NCBI GenBank assembly: GCA_902793435.1 | Contig: CADBDF010000001.1 | Span: 2,418-66,417 of the forward strand | DNA length: 64,000 bases | Direction: 5' to 3' | Origin: an uncultured Pseudomonadota bacterium | Lineage (GTDB): Bacteria; Pseudomonadota; Alphaproteobacteria; Rs-D84 | Shown here: one piece after another, positions 61,816 to 64,000 of the stretch | Layout of the letters: each line of letters starts with the position of its first letter | How positions within the stretch are numbered: position 1 is the first letter of the stretch | Notes under the pieces: generated by a model | Told to the model about the DNA's origin: nothing | Databases searched by the model: none | What the model saw: the letters and a program-made list of their open reading frames with translations, nothing else | Translations under genes and position numbers: made by a program

Positions 61816-62595
61816 ATGAATATACGGTATATAACATGTTCTGACCCACGCAATCATAATACACACGATGAAATGTTTGATTTGTGGAAAATTGACCCAC
61901 GTGTTGAAATCGCGGTTCAAATGCACCCAGGCAAAGTTTCACCCGACACAGAAAGATATAAATGGATTCGCCAATTGGTTGATAAAGCATCTCAATCCAG
62001 CGAAAATGCGCCCAGGTTGGCGGTTCATGTAAATAATGATTGGTGTGATGAAATTTGTAATGGGAAAATTCCTGGACCTTTGGCATTTGTATTCACTACC
62101 AGGAATATTGACGATTTTTTCCCTGTGGTTGAACGCATTCAATTAAACATGCCACAAAAAACCGCAGACAATTTTAATCCTGAAAAATTAAAGCGTGTGA
62201 TTGATCATTTTGGTGATATTTCATTTATTATCCAATATAACAATCGCACCAAAGATGCGACGGATAAATTGTATAAAACCGGCGCACAATTTGGTTTGTT
62301 ATTTGATGCATCGGGTGGCCGCGGTGAATCCCCAGAATCATGGCAAAAACCTGTTTATGGTCCCGAATATTTGCAAGGTTATGCGGGTGGATTAAAACCT
62401 GAAACTGTGGGTACAGAATTGGATAAAATTGTAAAGGTTGCCCGCAATCGTGATATCTGGGTTGATATCGAAGGTGGCGTGCAAAAACCAACCGGTGAAT
62501 TAAAACCCGATGGCAAACCAATAAAATTATTTCACGCACCATTTGCGGCGGAATATATTCGCAATACTTTGGCGTGGGAACAAAAACACAGATAA
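61816..62595 (+). CDS. Hypothetical protein with a TrpF (PRAI)-like C-terminal half
   Basis: DASGGRGESPESW ... YAGGLKPETV ... IWVDIEGGVQ resembles the phosphate-binding and barrel-closing motifs of phosphoribosylanthranilate isomerase. The N-terminal half is unrecognised. Confidence 0.35.
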   Translation: MNIRYITCSDPRNHNTHDEMFDLWKIDPRVEIAVQMHPGKVSPDTERYKWIRQLVDKASQSSENAPRLAVHVNNDWCDEICNGKIPGPLAFVFTTRNIDDFFPVVERIQLNMPQKTADNFNPEKLKRVIDHFGDISFIIQYNNRTKDATDKLYKTGAQFGLLFDASGGRGESPESWQKPVYGPEYLQGYAGGLKPETVGTELDKIVKVARNRDIWVDIEGGVQKPTGELKPDGKPIKLFHAPFAAEYIRNTLAWEQKHR

Positions 62596-62616
62596 AAAAA
62601 CATCTGGATTTTATTT

Positions 62617-63378
62617 TTGTTTTGCACCAGAATTAGACTGATAAAAAAGGAGAGTTATTTCATGAAAAAAATATCACTGTGGTATGTTGGTATAATCGCA
62701 CTGGGGTTATTGTTTGTTGGATTTTTCCCGGGGTATTATTATTACAAATCTAAATTTAATTATAATGCCGTAACGGTCAAAGGTTTGGCGGAAACCGATG
62801 TCGAGGCAAACCTGGCGATTTGGGAAATTAAATTTGTCGCAACCGGAAACGATGTTGTAAAAACAAAAAATGATTTGGAAAAACAGACAGATGCAATTGT
62901 AAATTTCTTGCATGACAATGGTTTTAACGACAATGAAATTGAAATGGGTGGAACAGAAACAAATGATTTGATGGCAAACCCATATCGCGGAAACGAGGCT
63001 ATTACATCGCGGTTCATTTTAACACGCACGATGACCCTGCGTTCAAACCAGGTGCATAATGTCGCAGAAACTTATACAAAAACAGGTGATTTAATTAGCC
63101 ATGGTGTTGTATTTGAAAATCGCTACGATTCGCCAATTTCATATATATTTACCAGCCTGAACGAAATTAAACCACAATTATTGGAAACAGCGACCAAAAA
63201 CGCGCGTCAGGCGGCATTGGAATTCGCAAAATCCAGCGATAGCAAAGTTGGTAAAATACACAGCGCAAATCAGGGTGTAATTTCAATTTTGCCACGCGAT
63301 AATTCCAACGCACCAGAATCACAACAGATAAACAAAAAAGTTCGCGTTGTTGCAACGGTAGAATACTTCTTGGAATAA
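62617..63378 (+). CDS. SIMPL/DUF541-family periplasmic protein (likely start MKKISLWYV at 62662)
   Basis: N-terminal TM or signal segment; C-terminal pattern VVATVEYFLE is typical of YggE/SIMPL. Confidence 0.5.
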   Translation: MFCTRIRLIKKESYFMKKISLWYVGIIALGLLFVGFFPGYYYYKSKFNYNAVTVKGLAETDVEANLAIWEIKFVATGNDVVKTKNDLEKQTDAIVNFLHDNGFNDNEIEMGGTETNDLMANPYRGNEAITSRFILTRTMTLRSNQVHNVAETYTKTGDLISHGVVFENRYDSPISYIFTSLNEIKPQLLETATKNARQAALEFAKSSDSKVGKIHSANQGVISILPRDNSNAPESQQINKKVRVVATVEYFLE

Positions 63379-63427
63379 TTTAACAAAAGCCCATTCGGGC
63401 TTTTGTTACACAATTATTGTGCTTTTT

Positions 63428-63495
63428 GTAAAACCCCCTCCACCCGCTTTCGCTTCGCTTCAGCGAGGTCCCCCTCCCCACGGGGGCGGAATTAA
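63428..63495. repeat. GC-rich mosaic repeat element, short (internal-deletion) type
   Basis: CCCCCTCCACCCGCTTTCGCTTCGCTTCAGCGAGGTCCCCCTCCCCACGGGGGCGGAATT. Same termini as 22919 and 33638 but lacking the AT-rich middle module. Confidence 0.6.
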
Positions 63496-63601
63496 CAACC
63501 AAAAATGAATCGGTTTTTGTGCAAAAAGCACCGGTATTTTGGTATTTATTAAAAAAACTAGACAATGAAAAAAATTAATCTATAATCAAATTACCTTTGT
63601 T

Positions 63602-63678
63602 GGATGTTTAGCTCAGTTGGCTAGAGCATCTGCTTTACACGCAGAGGGTCAGGGGTTCGAGTCCCTTAACATCCACCA
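63602..63678 (+). tRNA. tRNA-Val (TAC)
   Basis: Acceptor GGATGTT/AACATCC, D-arm AGCTCAGTTGG, anticodon loop TTTACAC and T-arm GGTTCGAGTCC, with an encoded CCA. Confidence 0.85.
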
Positions 63679-63763
63679 TCGTTTGGTTGTTTGTAAATTG
63701 CCCGCCCCCGCGGGCAATTTTTATTTGCAAAACAAAAATTTATTGTTATAATGCTTTGGCTTT

Positions 63764-63840
63764 GGGTGGTTAGCTCAGTTGGCTAGAGCGTCACGTTGAC
63801 ATCGTGGAGGTCGTTGGTTCGAGCCCAATACCACCCACCA
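63764..63840 (+). tRNA. tRNA-Val (GAC)
   Basis: Acceptor GGGTGGT/ACCACCC, anticodon loop TTGACAT and T-arm GGTTCGAGCCC, with an encoded CCA. Confidence 0.85.
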
Positions 63841-63901
63841 GAATTTTAAGAAAAACGACCAAAGTATTGGTCGTTTTTTTATTAAGACCCAGGGGGCAAA
63901 T

Positions 63902-64000
63902 ATGGCACAAAAATATTTGATTACATCGGCTTTACCATATGTGAATAATCAACTGCATATTGGACATTTAATTGGCTGTCTGTTGCCAAGTGATGTGTAT
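63902..64000 (+). CDS. metG: Methionine--tRNA ligase, 5' end (continues past the window)
   Basis: [25 protein letters not shown]... class I HIGH motif. Confidence 0.8.
   Translation, partial: MAQKYLITSALPYVNNQLHIGHLIGCLLPSDVY

Noticed and set aside
22919-63495. Possible CRISPR array formed by the repeated GC-rich elements
   Set aside because: Copies are tens of kilobases apart, differ in length and module content, and are not separated by short unique spacers. No cas genes are present.

Overview
This is a 64 kb chromosomal window from an AT-rich (about 40% GC) proteobacterium. Several signals point to an alphaproteobacterium, plausibly an endosymbiont-like lineage, though the taxon cannot be fixed from sequence alone. 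They are a Caulobacter-type SspB(alpha) homolog, lptFG/lptD, an rsmG-parA-parB cluster, and a highly rearranged gene order. Most of the window is housekeeping: rluD, dnaX, rpsO-truB-mutS, xseB, cysS, mreB, rnpA-yidD, accBC, rsuA/rluB-rsmE, der, pnp, ybaB, infC, pal, parAB-rsmG, gpsA, macAB-tolC, recF, sspB, infB-nusA, lptF/lptD/surA-like/rlmN, tRNA-Cys, two tRNA-Val genes and the start of metG. Canonical operons are scrambled: nusA-infB, truB-rpsO and pnp lie at three separate places, and dnaX and ybaB are unlinked. Seven things stand out. (1) Two paralogous genes in inverted orientation (11.8-13.2 kb and 23.0-24.4 kb) encode secreted proteins with phage receptor-binding-protein-like motifs. 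They share a roughly 250 bp conserved leader carrying AAACCTAGGTTT palindromes and a short conserved leader ORF, a conserved C-terminal domain of about 90 aa, and a homologous 3' flank. Their central regions are unrelated. They bracket about 11 kb of essential genes, which gives an inversion or gene-conversion cassette architecture. (2) A six-gene minus-strand operon (2.47-7.42 kb) encodes three giant (420-450 aa) prepilin-like proteins with class III signal peptides, one of which lacks Glu+5. It also encodes a zinc-ribbon/TM protein and a secreted protein, and no assembly ATPase is nearby. (3) A separate pilin/OmpA-like/Skp operon sits directly after dnaX. (4) An orphan VirD4/TraG-like type IV coupling protein lies beside LpoB-like lipoproteins. 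(5) A family of GC-rich mosaic intergenic repeats has termini CCCCCKCCACCCGC...GGGGYGGAATT. One copy is inserted into the leader of paralog B. (6) A recurring near-identical terminator hairpin, ACCGGCATTTGCCGGT, occurs at least seven times and may be a DNA-uptake-sequence-like signal. (7) parS-like sites lie upstream of parA. I saw no CRISPR array, transposase, reverse transcriptase or prophage structural module.
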